Part shown: one piece after another, positions 1 to 9,525 of the stretch
Layout of the letters: each line of letters starts with the position of its first letter
Numbering within the stretch: the stretch's first letter is position 1
Source: Candidatus Brocadiia bacterium
GTDB taxonomy: Bacteria > Planctomycetota > Brocadiia > SM23-32
Reading direction: 5' to 3'
DNA: 61,090 nucleotides
Assembly (NCBI GenBank): GCA_046538485.1
Contig: JBKHIT010000027.1
Coordinates: 1-61,090 of the forward strand
Program-made: the position numbers and the translations under genes
The notes under the pieces: model-generated
Database searches by the model: none
Told to the model about the DNA's origin: nothing
What the model saw: only the letters and a program-made list of their open reading frames with translations

Positions 1-48
1 CGATTTCCGATTTCGTTGATTGTCTCTGATTAACTCCCCCTTTAAAAT

Positions 49-747
49 GGCTGCACACGCGGGGATAGTCCCCTCCTACAGAGCAAAAACTAAAAGTGAG
101 CCATTTGCGTTGATCAGAAATATTGGCACAGCTGGGACTTAGCATAGCCAGAAAAAATGTTTTACCCCAAAATTCGGCTCTGATAGCCGTTGAGAAAATG
201 GTTTAGCCGTAAGAAGCGGTTTTTCACCCCATGGCCCTCCCGCGAGCGGACTGGACTTCAGCCGGAGACTGGAGTTCAGAACGCGGACAATAAACCGGCA
301 GGTCTCGGAGAAAAACAGCAGAACGACCAACGGCAGCTCCGCCTCAGCGATGCGGACCGACAGCTACCTGGCATTTCACGGCATTTGTCCGCCTCAAGTC
401 CCCCTTCGTCCGCCTGAGCGGACTCAGCTGAACTCGAGTCTGCAGGATACGCGGTCGAGAAGCGGAGTTGCAAGCTCACAGAATGATTGACACCAGACAT
501 GAGGTTTATGTTACAACAACCTGTAAAGACTTTTCCGAAGGAAACTTGAGGGATTTGCGCCCGGCTCTGTTCGGGAGTCGGTGGCAATCTCAAGGTAGTC
601 CAGCGCTGTCAAACAGGGAAATGATCCACAGCGCAAAGTCCTCTAAAAGTGGAATACGGTTGCCCCGCACACGCGGGGATAGTCCGTTTTACTTTCATGT
701 TTCCGTTCTCCAGCTAATGGTTGCCCCGCAGTTGCGAAGATTGAACA
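49..747 (+). CRISPR. Degenerate orphan type I-E-like CRISPR mini-array (3 repeats, 2 spacers; spacer 1 interrupted by an insertion)
   Basis: 29-nt repeat GGTTGCCCCGCACACGCGGGGATAGTCCG at 658-686 has the I-E CCCCGC-N4-GCGGGG hairpin. A degenerate repeat starts at 719, giving a 61-bp period and a 32-nt spacer (687-718). A partly deleted repeat GGCTGCACACGCGGGGATAGTCCC lies at 49-72. No cas genes in the window. Confidence 0.75.
98..643. mobile_element. Non-coding composite MITE-like insertion in CRISPR spacer 1
   Basis: Flanked by duplicated CTAAAAGTG (90-98 and 643-651; ends ambiguous by 1 nt). Imperfect terminal IRs: GAGCCATTTGCG vs reverse complement GAGGACTTTGCG. Internal parts recur at 4599-5059 and 43579-43733. 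Confidence 0.7.
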
Positions 748-977
748 TCCGACAGAGCTCAAGCAGGCCCGGGGGGCGCCGGGGAGAATGCTGGAACAAA
801 AAAAGGCCCCCGATCCGACCCTTACCTCGCTTGAACCTCTACGATCCCTCTGATATATTCGGAACATGGGGCCGGATTCGCCAGGAACCTGGGTATGGCC
901 CCGTCGCGGTTTTCTGAGTTGACGGGGAAAGCCGCGAAACTCCAATCCCGTAATTCTGAGACAAAAAGGCTACTAAT

Positions 978-2342
978 ATGCAACGGAAAAAAGGCTTGCT
1001 CATCGGTTTTGTTGTTGGTTTACTGGGCGGACTGTTGTTTGCACCCGTTCTGGCGCGTCCCGGGACCAATAGCTGGGAGAAATGGAAGAATGAGTTTTTC
1101 GATCCGCTCCAGTTTGCGATTGGCCAAATTGAAGGCCGCTATGTCGAGGAGGTAAAACCTGAAGACCTGCTTATCGGTGCTTATCATGGTGTCCTGAGCC
1201 GGTTGGATCGTTATAGCAATTACATTCCGCCCGACCGGCTTGAAGAATTTCAGGGTGATACCAAAGGCAAATTTGGCGGGCTCGGGATTCAAATTCGCTT
1301 TCTGCCTCTCGAAAAAGTGCTGAAGGTTGAACAACCGATTCCCGGGACCCCTGCTTTTCGAAAAGGGGTTCTTGCTGGAGATATTATTGTCCATATCAAA
1401 GAGGAGTCCACGGGAAAGGAACATAACCCGAGCGATTTCGAAGACGTGCATGACGCTGTGCGGATTCTTCGTGGCAAGCCCAACTCAAAAGTGACTATTA
1501 CCGTTGTGCACAAGGAAAGCCGCGAACAGGAAAAAATCACGATACCCCGGGCCGTTATCAAGATCCCGGGAGTCAAAGCGTCACGGATTGTGGATGAAGG
1601 GTACAAGATCGGTTATGTGTATGTAGCCAATTTTCACGAAGACACCGCTTCGGATCTTAAAAAGAAACTCAAAGAACTCCACGAACAGGGGATGAGAGGG
1701 CTTGTCATCGATCTGCGGTTCAATCCGGGGGGGTTGCTGAAAAGCGCTATTGATGTGTCGGATCTTTTCCTGGGAGATGCCGTGGTTGTGAGCACGCACG
1801 GCCGTGCCGATCCGGAACGCATTTACAGGACACATTCTAAGGACACCCTGGGGGATGCACCGATCATTGTTTTGATGAACAGCTATAGCGCCAGCGCCTC
1901 GGAGATCGTTGCGGGCGCCATAAAAGATAACGGTCGGGGCCTGCTTGTCGGCGAAACGACTTTCGGAAAGGGAAGTGTGCAGACCATCCTGCCGCTGAGA
2001 AACAAAAAAAGCGCGTTGAAGTTGACCACCTCGAAGTACTATACGCCCAGCGGTGTCTGTATCGAGGAAAAGGGAATAAAACCGCATATCGAGGTGTCTT
2101 TTACTGACGAGCAAAATCGCAGGCTCATTCAGAATTTGGCCGAAGAGAGTGGCTATCCCGAGGATGAGAAACAGCCGGAGCAGGAGAATCCCTCTGAGTC
2201 GGACACAGAGAACGATAAGGAACAGGAGGGTGAAGACAGCGGAGAAAAAGAGGAAGAGTTCCGCGATACGCAGCTTCAAAGGGCCATTGATATTCTGAAG
2301 GGAATTATAATCGAACGAAAAATGCACCCGAAAGCGCTTTGA
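978..2342 (+). CDS. ctpA: S41 family C-terminal processing peptidase
   Basis: Signal/TM segment, LDRYS, FGGLGI PDZ start, DLRFNPGGLL, SASASEIVAGA, TFGKGSVQ, YYTPSG. Confidence 0.93.
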   Translation: MQRKKGLLIGFVVGLLGGLLFAPVLARPGTNSWEKWKNEFFDPLQFAIGQIEGRYVEEVKPEDLLIGAYHGVLSRLDRYSNYIPPDRLEEFQGDTKGKFGGLGIQIRFLPLEKVLKVEQPIPGTPAFRKGVLAGDIIVHIKEESTGKEHNPSDFEDVHDAVRILRGKPNSKVTITVVHKESREQEKITIPRAVIKIPGVKASRIVDEGYKIGYVYVANFHEDTASDLKKKLKELHEQGMRGLVIDLRFNPGGLLKSAIDVSDLFLGDAVVVSTHGRADPERIYRTHSKDTLGDAPIIVLMNSYSASASEIVAGAIKDNGRGLLVGETTFGKGSVQTILPLRNKKSALKLTTSKYYTPSGVCIEEKGIKPHIEVSFTDEQNRRLIQNLAEESGYPEDEKQPEQENPSESDTENDKEQEGEDSGEKEEEFRDTQLQRAIDILKGIIIERKMHPKAL

Positions 2343-2630
2343 GAGTCAGCGGATAAACCCCGTCGGGAAGTTGTGCTGCTTATCAAACTTGATAGTATGG
2401 CAGCATGCCCGCCTTGCTGAGGGGGAGGCGTTCCGCTTGATTGGTGGTGGGGTTCTGGCGTATGATACGGCATTAGGCGGGGAATAGAATCAGGAACGGG
2501 TCAGGAGAAGCTTGAAAATAGGACCGTTCAGCTAATACTGTATTTACTGCTCAGGTTTGTACTTTCCCTCAATAAGCTAAATGCAAGGTTGTAGAACTGG
2601 AATAAAAGGTTCGGGGGCAAGGAATTAATA

Positions 2631-4028
2631 TTGATGGTTTTTGAAAGCGAAGGCAGTCCACACAAAAGTGGGAACGAGAGCCAGCAAATAGATGAAGTGG
2701 ACAGGGAAATGAAACGCAAACACGAGGAGGCGGCGGGATTTGACGGTCCGCGTAGATGGGCGCGGGAACTGCGTGAACTGTTGGGAGTTGAGGGCGAGCC
2801 AGGAGGCCGCGCAGAAAGCGGCCAGAAAATAGAGCGCAACAATCAGGAATCTAAGGGCGCGGCTTCGCCGCTGGATAATGAGCACAACAGTTCAATCGCC
2901 CGGAGAAATATTGAGAAGAAAGGGGGGAAGGGCAGAAAACAGGAGGCGATTAAGGTTTTGCTCCGACGAAAAATCGTCAGGGGCGAGCTGCGTCCTGGCG
3001 AGCTCTTGCCGCGGCGGGTCGATTTGGCCGAGATGCTTGGAACAAGCAATGTAACGATCCAGTCTGTAATGGATGAACTTATCGAAGACGGCTTTCTACG
3101 GGCGGTTCGGGGCCAGGGAACGTTTGTGGCCGATAGAGGGCCTCACGTGTCTCGCTATGGGGTTGTTGTCCCGGGCGGGGAACGCGGGGAGAAGAGACGT
3201 TATTCACAGTTCTGGGAAGCCATCTGTGTGGCCGCGCGAGAACTGGCGGCTGCGACGGAATGCGAATTCCCGATTTTTGATACACAAGACCTTTCGTCTG
3301 AGGGCAAGTTGGATCGCGATCTGAGGAACGATCGTCTCGCGGGTTTAATTTTCGCTGATGCACCGCATGCCGAGGGAATGAGCGTTTTTCGCAAAGCGTC
3401 TCTGCCAACGGTGGCCGTTGTGGCCGAGTCGACGTCCACTGAGATGCCGGTGGTGCATCTTGACATGCGCGGTTTTATGAATCGGGCCGTCGACCATCTG
3501 GCGGATAATGGTTGTCAGAAACTTGCGCTTTTAACGGCCCGCGGCTCGCGCGGCACAAGAGAACATCTGCATCAGTGCACGCAAAAACATCAAATTGCTG
3601 TACGTCCTTATTGGGTTCTTTCAATTGATCCCTGGTCCACAGAGGCGGTCATTACGTTCGTCCAACTGCTTATGAGCAACGATAAGGACAGGCCGGATGG
3701 TATTATAATTGCGGACGACAATCTGGTTCCTCAGGCGACGACGGGATTGCGTGCGAGTGGTTTGCGGGTTGCCGAAGACGTCCAATTAATTGCCTATACG
3801 AATTATCCTTCGCCGCCGACGAGTCATACTCCAGTGACGCGTCTGGGCATCGACGCGCGTGAAGTTTTAAAAGAATGTATCCTTCAGATCGACCTGCAGA
3901 GGAAGGGGGAACCTCCTGCCCCTGCGACGTATGTGGACCCACGCTTCGAAACCGAGATCGACCCCGAAGCACAGATTCTTTCGCTGCAAAGAAACTGGGA
4001 AAATGAACCCGAAGTAGTGTCAATGTGA
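2631..4028 (+). CDS. GntR-HTH / LacI-type sugar-binding transcriptional regulator (true start may be downstream)
   Basis: GELRPGELLP...LAEMLGTSNVTIQSVMDELIEDGFL...GQGTFV GntR HTH, then a periplasmic-binding-like domain (RPDGIIIADD, GLRVAEDVQLI). Confidence 0.85.
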   Translation: MMVFESEGSPHKSGNESQQIDEVDREMKRKHEEAAGFDGPRRWARELRELLGVEGEPGGRAESGQKIERNNQESKGAASPLDNEHNSSIARRNIEKKGGKGRKQEAIKVLLRRKIVRGELRPGELLPRRVDLAEMLGTSNVTIQSVMDELIEDGFLRAVRGQGTFVADRGPHVSRYGVVVPGGERGEKRRYSQFWEAICVAARELAAATECEFPIFDTQDLSSEGKLDRDLRNDRLAGLIFADAPHAEGMSVFRKASLPTVAVVAESTSTEMPVVHLDMRGFMNRAVDHLADNGCQKLALLTARGSRGTREHLHQCTQKHQIAVRPYWVLSIDPWSTEAVITFVQLLMSNDKDRPDGIIIADDNLVPQATTGLRASGLRVAEDVQLIAYTNYPSPPTSHTPVTRLGIDAREVLKECILQIDLQRKGEPPAPATYVDPRFETEIDPEAQILSLQRNWENEPEVVSM

Positions 4029-4077
4029 GAAACGTTCATACTTTTTTGGCTGGTAGTATTAAGGGACTGAGCGAACG

Positions 4078-4566
4078 ATGTTAAACGATTCGAGAAAGAA
4101 TAGGACGGGAAAAAGAGGGGTCCGCGAAGATCGGGACAAGGGACAGCGCAAAACCTGCCCGAAATGCGGCACCGAATCTCTTATTCCGGCGGTTTTGAAA
4201 CGGTCGGGGATCGAGATTGATCGGTGCAAGGAATGCCATGGTATATGGCTTGAGGGGGGAGAACTCGAAGATCTGCTCGGGGAACTTTCCGTGGACTTTC
4301 ACGTGCCTTCCGGAGCCACATCAGGAAGTAAGATGTGTCCGGAATGCGATGACCCCCTTTATGTTGTGGGCTATCCGCATACGGGGGTCATTATCGATAT
4401 CTGCAAAAAATGCGGTGGCGTCTGGCTCGACCATGGAGAATACGGTCAAATACGGAAAGCTCTGCACATGCTGGAAGATCTCGGATGGCCCCGACGCCGC
4501 GAAAAGGACAATTTGCTGCGTCGACTGGTGAGTTACATCTCCGGTAAGCCGGTGAGCGTTTGCTGA
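4078..4566 (+). CDS. Tandem zf-TFIIB-like zinc-ribbon protein
   Basis: Two CPxC...IDxCxxCxGxWLx.GE modules. Confidence 0.85.
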   Translation: MLNDSRKNRTGKRGVREDRDKGQRKTCPKCGTESLIPAVLKRSGIEIDRCKECHGIWLEGGELEDLLGELSVDFHVPSGATSGSKMCPECDDPLYVVGYPHTGVIIDICKKCGGVWLDHGEYGQIRKALHMLEDLGWPRRREKDNLLRRLVSYISGKPVSVC

Positions 4567-4616
4567 GCAATGCTACCCACTCTCCAGGTCCCGCGGCCGA
4601 CTGGACTTCAGCCGGA

Positions 4617-4743
4617 GTACGCGTTTAGCGTGTCGAGTGCCGTTCCAGAAAAGGCCCGTAGGGCCGGAGCAGACATAGCCCCGGGCTACCTCTGCCACGC
4701 CCGCTCCGCGGGCTTACCGACAGCACCAACGCTAAACGCATAC
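4617..4743. mobile_element. 127-bp MITE with IS66-like ends
   Basis: 15-bp TIR GTACGCGTTTAGCGT / GTATGCGTTTAGCGT (1 mismatch); 8-bp TSD CAGCCGGA (4609-4616, 4744-4751); empty site visible at 259-266. Confidence 0.8.
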
Positions 4744-4765
4744 CAGCCGGAGGCTGGAGTCCAGA

Positions 4766-5059
4766 ATGCGGACCGACAGCTACCTGGCATTTCACGGCAT
4801 TTGTCCGCCTCAAGTCCCCCTTCGTCCGCCTGAGCGGACTCAGCTGAACTCGAGTCTGCAGGATACGCGGTCGAGAAGCGGAGTTGCAAGCTTACAGAAT
4901 GATTGACACCAGACATGAAGTTTATGTTACAACAACCTTTAAAGGCTTTTCCGAAGGAAACGTGAGGGATTTGCGCCCGGCTCTGTTCGGGAATCGGTGG
5001 CAATCTCAAGCCAGTCCAGCGTTGTCAAACAGGAAAATGACCCACAGCGCAAAGTCCTC
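4766..5059 (+). repeat. Second copy of the 294-bp repeat at 350-643
   Basis: Gap-free by-eye alignment to 350-643 with about 11 substitutions; both copies end at CAGCGCAAAGTCCTC. Confidence 0.95.
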
Positions 5060-5070
5060 GCCGGGGGCGC

Positions 5071-6942
5071 TCACTTGAATTTTATGGGTTTGTTGATCGC
5101 TCTTTTGAAAGCTTCCGTGCTGAGCCACCGGACATGTCCGTCAACGTATGCCGCGTTGCCGCCTCCCTTGTGGCTTTCCGGTGCGTCATGCACAAGCACC
5201 ACACTTGAAGGATTAGCAATTTCATGTATTTTTTGTCCGCCGAGTCCCTTGCGGTAGACGTACTTTTTGTTTGAAGCCGGGCAGAGAAGAATTTCGGCAT
5301 TGTTTCCAAGGTACTCTTTGACGGTTTCTGGCTTGAGGTCGGGGGGCAGTTCGCCAGCGTGATCGTTGGCGTACATCATGCAGCACATGCTGATCTGCCG
5401 CAGGTGGTTCATGCATTCAACTCTTTTAGCTGTTTTGCGTGCTTTTCGGATGGGCGCTTCAAAAGCACGGACCAGCGACTCTGGATCAAAGCGGGCGCGG
5501 GCGACGAGTTCATTTTTCTCGAAATGGAACCCTACAAGGATAGGATCTACATCAGTTTGCTGGACGAGTGGGGCCATATTGAACATGAACATTTTTGTCG
5601 CTTTTGGATGTTGTTTTGATATGGCGGTGGCAATGGAAGAGGTCTGGCCGGCAGGACGTTTAAGGAGCGTTTCGAAAATTTCGCAGCGGCTGGAACCGAC
5701 CATGACCGTATGGCCTTTCAGGGCGATACGTCCGCCTGAATCTTCCCAGACATTTGCGCCGTGGAGTGTTGTGGGGCGGACGCCTTCGCTTCTCGATATT
5801 TGATTCATAAAGGACTGAATAGTGCTGCGCGCGCTATCGGGATTGACGACCCGTCCCAGGAGCAAGAAGGCATCGGCGTCGAGTTGAGTCATGACGAATC
5901 CGATTTCCGCCAGGTTGTCAAAAATGTCTTTTTCCAGATCGAGCCCTGTCTCTTCTCGGAATTTTTCCCAGAGTTCCTGAATTTCGTCGCCGTCTCCCAC
6001 GACGGCCAGGATTTGATTCGTGGTCTGACGCGTGGCACGGGACGCTGCCTTTCGGTCTGGCAGGTTGGTCGCGGCAGCCAGCAAGGCTTTTTGCGGAATA
6101 ATTCGTGCGAGATTCGGCATGGATTTGTCGCCCTTGAGGGTGTTCAACGCGCGGCCGCCGGGTTCGAGTTCGGCTCGGAGTTCCAGAATCCTGCCGTCAA
6201 AACTTGCTCTGAGGTAGCGCCAGGAAGCCGCATCGACGAGCGACAACATGACGAGCAACTCTTCGAGTTCCATGGATTCAACGGTGAGAGCTTCGTTGAA
6301 GAGCTGCTGGCAATTGATATCTGCCTGAAACAGGACGGCTTGTTTTGATGGAACGGGTCGCGCGTTTTGAGCATCCATCAGGAACTTTTGTATGAGCAAG
6401 TGATCACGCGCGATGGCAATAACGCCCTTGGCGTGAGAGACCCATAGGCTTTCGTCCGGGTCGTCTCCAAATTGATAAACTGTTTTTCCCTGGTATTGCA
6501 ATGCCGTTCGTGGGAACGGAATGGCTTTGAGAAAAGCGTCGAGGAGATGCTTTTCGTTGGAACATCGAAACAAGAACAGGAAACGGAACGTTTCTTCATC
6601 TTCCCCGAATCCGTGCAAGCAGAAAGCTACTTGATGAATGGAACCAACCATTTCGTGAATCAGTGCCGGTTTCAATCTCAATAGTGTCGATGCGTTTTGT
6701 ATGGCTTGTTCGTAAGCCCGCCGCGGATCCTCATTCCCGTAGATTTTTTGCTGGAGTTTCGGGTGGTTCTGGAGGTTGGTACGCAGGGCGTTGAGTTCGA
6801 GCTCCGCATAAATGGGATTTTCGGGCGATGACAATTGGCGGAGGCTTATGTGTTGCTCGGGTTCGGCGGCTGGTTGAGAACCCAGGATCAGAATGATCAT
6901 TATTTTCCAGATAGCTGCCGGTCCTGCTAATGATTCTACCAT
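5071..6942 (-). CDS. Exported protein with a large N-terminal region and C-terminal DUF1559 / H-X9-DG module (start uncertain)
   Basis: ARKTAKRVECMNHLRQISMCCMMYANDH...LLCPAS...HKGGGNAAYVDGHVRW. Confidence 0.75.
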   Translation of the reverse strand: MVESLAGPAAIWKIMIILILGSQPAAEPEQHISLRQLSSPENPIYAELELNALRTNLQNHPKLQQKIYGNEDPRRAYEQAIQNASTLLRLKPALIHEMVGSIHQVAFCLHGFGEDEETFRFLFLFRCSNEKHLLDAFLKAIPFPRTALQYQGKTVYQFGDDPDESLWVSHAKGVIAIARDHLLIQKFLMDAQNARPVPSKQAVLFQADINCQQLFNEALTVESMELEELLVMLSLVDAASWRYLRASFDGRILELRAELEPGGRALNTLKGDKSMPNLARIIPQKALLAAATNLPDRKAASRATRQTTNQILAVVGDGDEIQELWEKFREETGLDLEKDIFDNLAEIGFVMTQLDADAFLLLGRVVNPDSARSTIQSFMNQISRSEGVRPTTLHGANVWEDSGGRIALKGHTVMVGSSRCEIFETLLKRPAGQTSSIATAISKQHPKATKMFMFNMAPLVQQTDVDPILVGFHFEKNELVARARFDPESLVRAFEAPIRKARKTAKRVECMNHLRQISMCCMMYANDHAGELPPDLKPETVKEYLGNNAEILLCPASNKKYVYRKGLGGQKIHEIANPSSVVLVHDAPESHKGGGNAAYVDGHVRWLSTEAFKRAINKPIKFK

Positions 6943-7159
6943 GGTGAAAGGGGCCTCTGCAGGTAAGAGAATCGTGAATTGCGGGATTTGTAGGTATTGT
7001 CTAAGCGGCCGGGGAAAAGTCAAGTGATAACGAAGATTTTTTGGAATCCAAGCCTTGATATTGAAGGCCGTAAGGGGTATATTAGTTGTGGGAGTATATC
7101 GTTCAAACTCACTTTGTTGCAGTGTAAACAACTGAATTTCAGAGCAAAGGGGTTGTTAT

Positions 7160-9052
7160 ATGTCTTATTCACATGAGCCCGGGCAGTCCGCCCAAATCCA
7201 TTCCGAAAGCGTAAAACGGGAATCTGCCAAGAATCCGATATTACGGTTTATCGACGATAGTCCATTTCTGGCTATCAGTTTGCTATTTCATGTTTTGATT
7301 ATCGCTCTGCTGGCGTTTTTCACGGTTGAAAAACCAGGAAACGTGACCCGCAAGATTGTGTTGAATGTAGAGGACATAGAAGAGAGGGAAATCAAGCACC
7401 AGACGTTGAAGAAAGAACAGGAACTTCCTACGACAGCGAGCACTTCGATGGGCGGCAGCGGGCAGGGCATGGCCGGGGAAGGGCATCAGGGAGCTGCCAG
7501 TCAGGCTTCAGATGTGGCAATAAACAATCTGGACATCCTCGGGCTCAGGTCAGCTATAAGGGGAGCTGGAGCCGGAGATTTGGGCGGCGATAACATGGGA
7601 GATTCTTTTAGCCTAGCGCCTGGTATGGGTGGCGAAAGAAATATGGATGAAGCCGTTGACCAATTCGCTGTGATAACGATCAATAGCGTTTCGCGTGGAA
7701 AAACCCTTGTGGCATTATTAATCGACCAATCCCGGAGCGTTATCTACGGTGATCTCCCGCGATTGATCCAGCGAATGGACGCGTATTTCGATTCCATCGA
7801 TAAGAATTTGCCGAGCAGCCTGAAAAAAAATGGGCGATGGGTGGTGGTGCAATATGGCCGTGAACCCAAGTTTAACTGTCATCCCAGTAATAATCTGGAA
7901 TATGTGAAATCAGCCCTTCGCAACGTGAGTGTAGATGTTTCCGGTCAGGAGAACGTTTGCGCGGCAATTCAATCCGTCCTGAATCGATTCGAAGGGCAGG
8001 ATTATGATAATCTGCTTATTGCGTCTCTAACCGACGAATCGGGAGATGACACAAAGGACACGAAAGTCCTTGAGCGAACGCTTACCAGGCTACGGAGAGC
8101 GCACGCACGATTTTATGTGTTCGGTTACGAGGCAACCTTCTGCGCCCAGAAAAAATTCGTCACAATGAAAATTGATATGGAATTGTTGCGCGGTGAAGAT
8201 CGCGCTGCCATGCGTGGATTCGAAGGGAAAACAACGTGGGGCTGGGCTGATGGAGGGCCCGAGTGCCCACGTCCGGAACTTTGGTGGGGCTCTAATTGGT
8301 GGCGGTGGAGCTATTGGGGCGGAAGCCTGAACAAAATCTCTTCCGGATTCGGGATGTATGGGTTGAATCGGCTGGTTCTTGGGAGCGGAGGAATTTATTT
8401 CCTCATTAAATCGGAATCCGATTACGATGAACAGAAGCTATACGCCAAATATAAACCCGATATTTGTAATCGATATGATTACAAAAAGCGTATTACAAAT
8501 CGGCGGCTTCGCAATCACCTCAAAACGATATGGAGCGAAATCGGGCATTTTTATCTGCGACATTATCTGCACAATCCGAAAGAAATCCAAAAGCAACTTT
8601 CCATGAGTCGACATGGACGTGATTATTGCGCGACGCGAATAAGGACTCTCAAAACAGCCCTGCGAGAATACCGTGCCGGAGAGATTCACAACGCCGACCG
8701 GTGGAGAGCCCATGCCGAGCTGACGCTCGCCGAATTGTACCGATTGAGGTTTATGCTGGGTCAGTATCACGAGGCACTTAAAGCGGGCTGGGAATCATCC
8801 GATAAAGTGATCCCGGAGAAACACAGGGGCGTAATGCATCACGGCAAGATTCCCAGTGATTATGTCGGTCCGCGACAGGCCAAGCGCGAATACAGTGAAG
8901 CCCTTCAGCACATTGATCTGGTCATCGAACGCCATAAAGATACCCCCTGGGAGACCGCTGCGGTTCGCCTTAAAAACCATATTTATCCGTGGCGTTTCTC
9001 CATCGAGAAGAAACCCGAAAGTCAACCGAGTCCGCCTTCGCTTGCGTTCTAA
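7160..9052 (+). CDS. Membrane-anchored VWA-domain protein
   Basis: ISLLFHVLIIALLAF TM anchor, Gly-rich linker, MIDAS-like LIDQSRSV, later LTDESGDD. Confidence 0.75.
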   Translation: MSYSHEPGQSAQIHSESVKRESAKNPILRFIDDSPFLAISLLFHVLIIALLAFFTVEKPGNVTRKIVLNVEDIEEREIKHQTLKKEQELPTTASTSMGGSGQGMAGEGHQGAASQASDVAINNLDILGLRSAIRGAGAGDLGGDNMGDSFSLAPGMGGERNMDEAVDQFAVITINSVSRGKTLVALLIDQSRSVIYGDLPRLIQRMDAYFDSIDKNLPSSLKKNGRWVVVQYGREPKFNCHPSNNLEYVKSALRNVSVDVSGQENVCAAIQSVLNRFEGQDYDNLLIASLTDESGDDTKDTKVLERTLTRLRRAHARFYVFGYEATFCAQKKFVTMKIDMELLRGEDRAAMRGFEGKTTWGWADGGPECPRPELWWGSNWWRWSYWGGSLNKISSGFGMYGLNRLVLGSGGIYFLIKSESDYDEQKLYAKYKPDICNRYDYKKRITNRRLRNHLKTIWSEIGHFYLRHYLHNPKEIQKQLSMSRHGRDYCATRIRTLKTALREYRAGEIHNADRWRAHAELTLAELYRLRFMLGQYHEALKAGWESSDKVIPEKHRGVMHHGKIPSDYVGPRQAKREYSEALQHIDLVIERHKDTPWETAAVRLKNHIYPWRFSIEKKPESQPSPPSLAF

Positions 9053-9059
9053 AACCGGT

Positions 9060-9300
9060 GCTTCATTCTGTCTGCTCCCCTTTTGAGAAAGCCAGGAGTT
9101 TTTCCAGTCCCTTAGTCGTTTTACAGAGTGCTGGAGTACTTTTCTGATTCCCCCACCTTTCTTGATGGCCTCCGGTTCGTACTCGAGGGTTACCCTGCCC
9201 GAAAAACCAGCACCCCATAACCTTTCCAGCCACTGTTGCGAATAGCTGGCCCCAAGCGGGATTTTCAATCCGAAGTTGAGTTCCGGGCTGTTCACGTATG
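9060..9300 (-). pseudogene. Possible 3' remnant of a sugar phosphate isomerase/epimerase (TIM barrel)
   Basis: Translation LWGAGFSGRVTLEYEP resembles the GY/FxGxxxxE motif; no credible start. Confidence 0.3.
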
Positions 9301-9525
9301 CACCTCGCGGAGACAAGGGGTTCGGGCGTAAAAACCGGCACGGATTTGCAAAACCGAGAGTTTACTATAATATCCCTCGTCTGGTTGCGCAATGCTGACA
9401 TCTCGCCTCAGTACATATTGGCTGGAAAGATGCCTCGGAATGCTGCAAAATAGTACTGAAGATCCTGCTTTTGTCGATAAGGGGAGCGGACGGAGCAGGA
9501 ATAGCACCCCTACAGCAGAAGGTGA

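Noticed and set aside
1..48. Extension of the CRISPR array to the left
   Set aside because: No repeat-like sequence one spacer length upstream of position 49.
139..945. Short ORFs over the repeat/CRISPR region (and the matching ORFs at 4570-5078)
   Set aside because: They lie in non-coding repeats, and the two copies do not preserve the same reading frames.
9346..9371. TTGCAA...TATAAT promoter upstream of the AAA+ gene
   Set aside because: The spacing is only 14 nt, so the -35 pairing is not supported.
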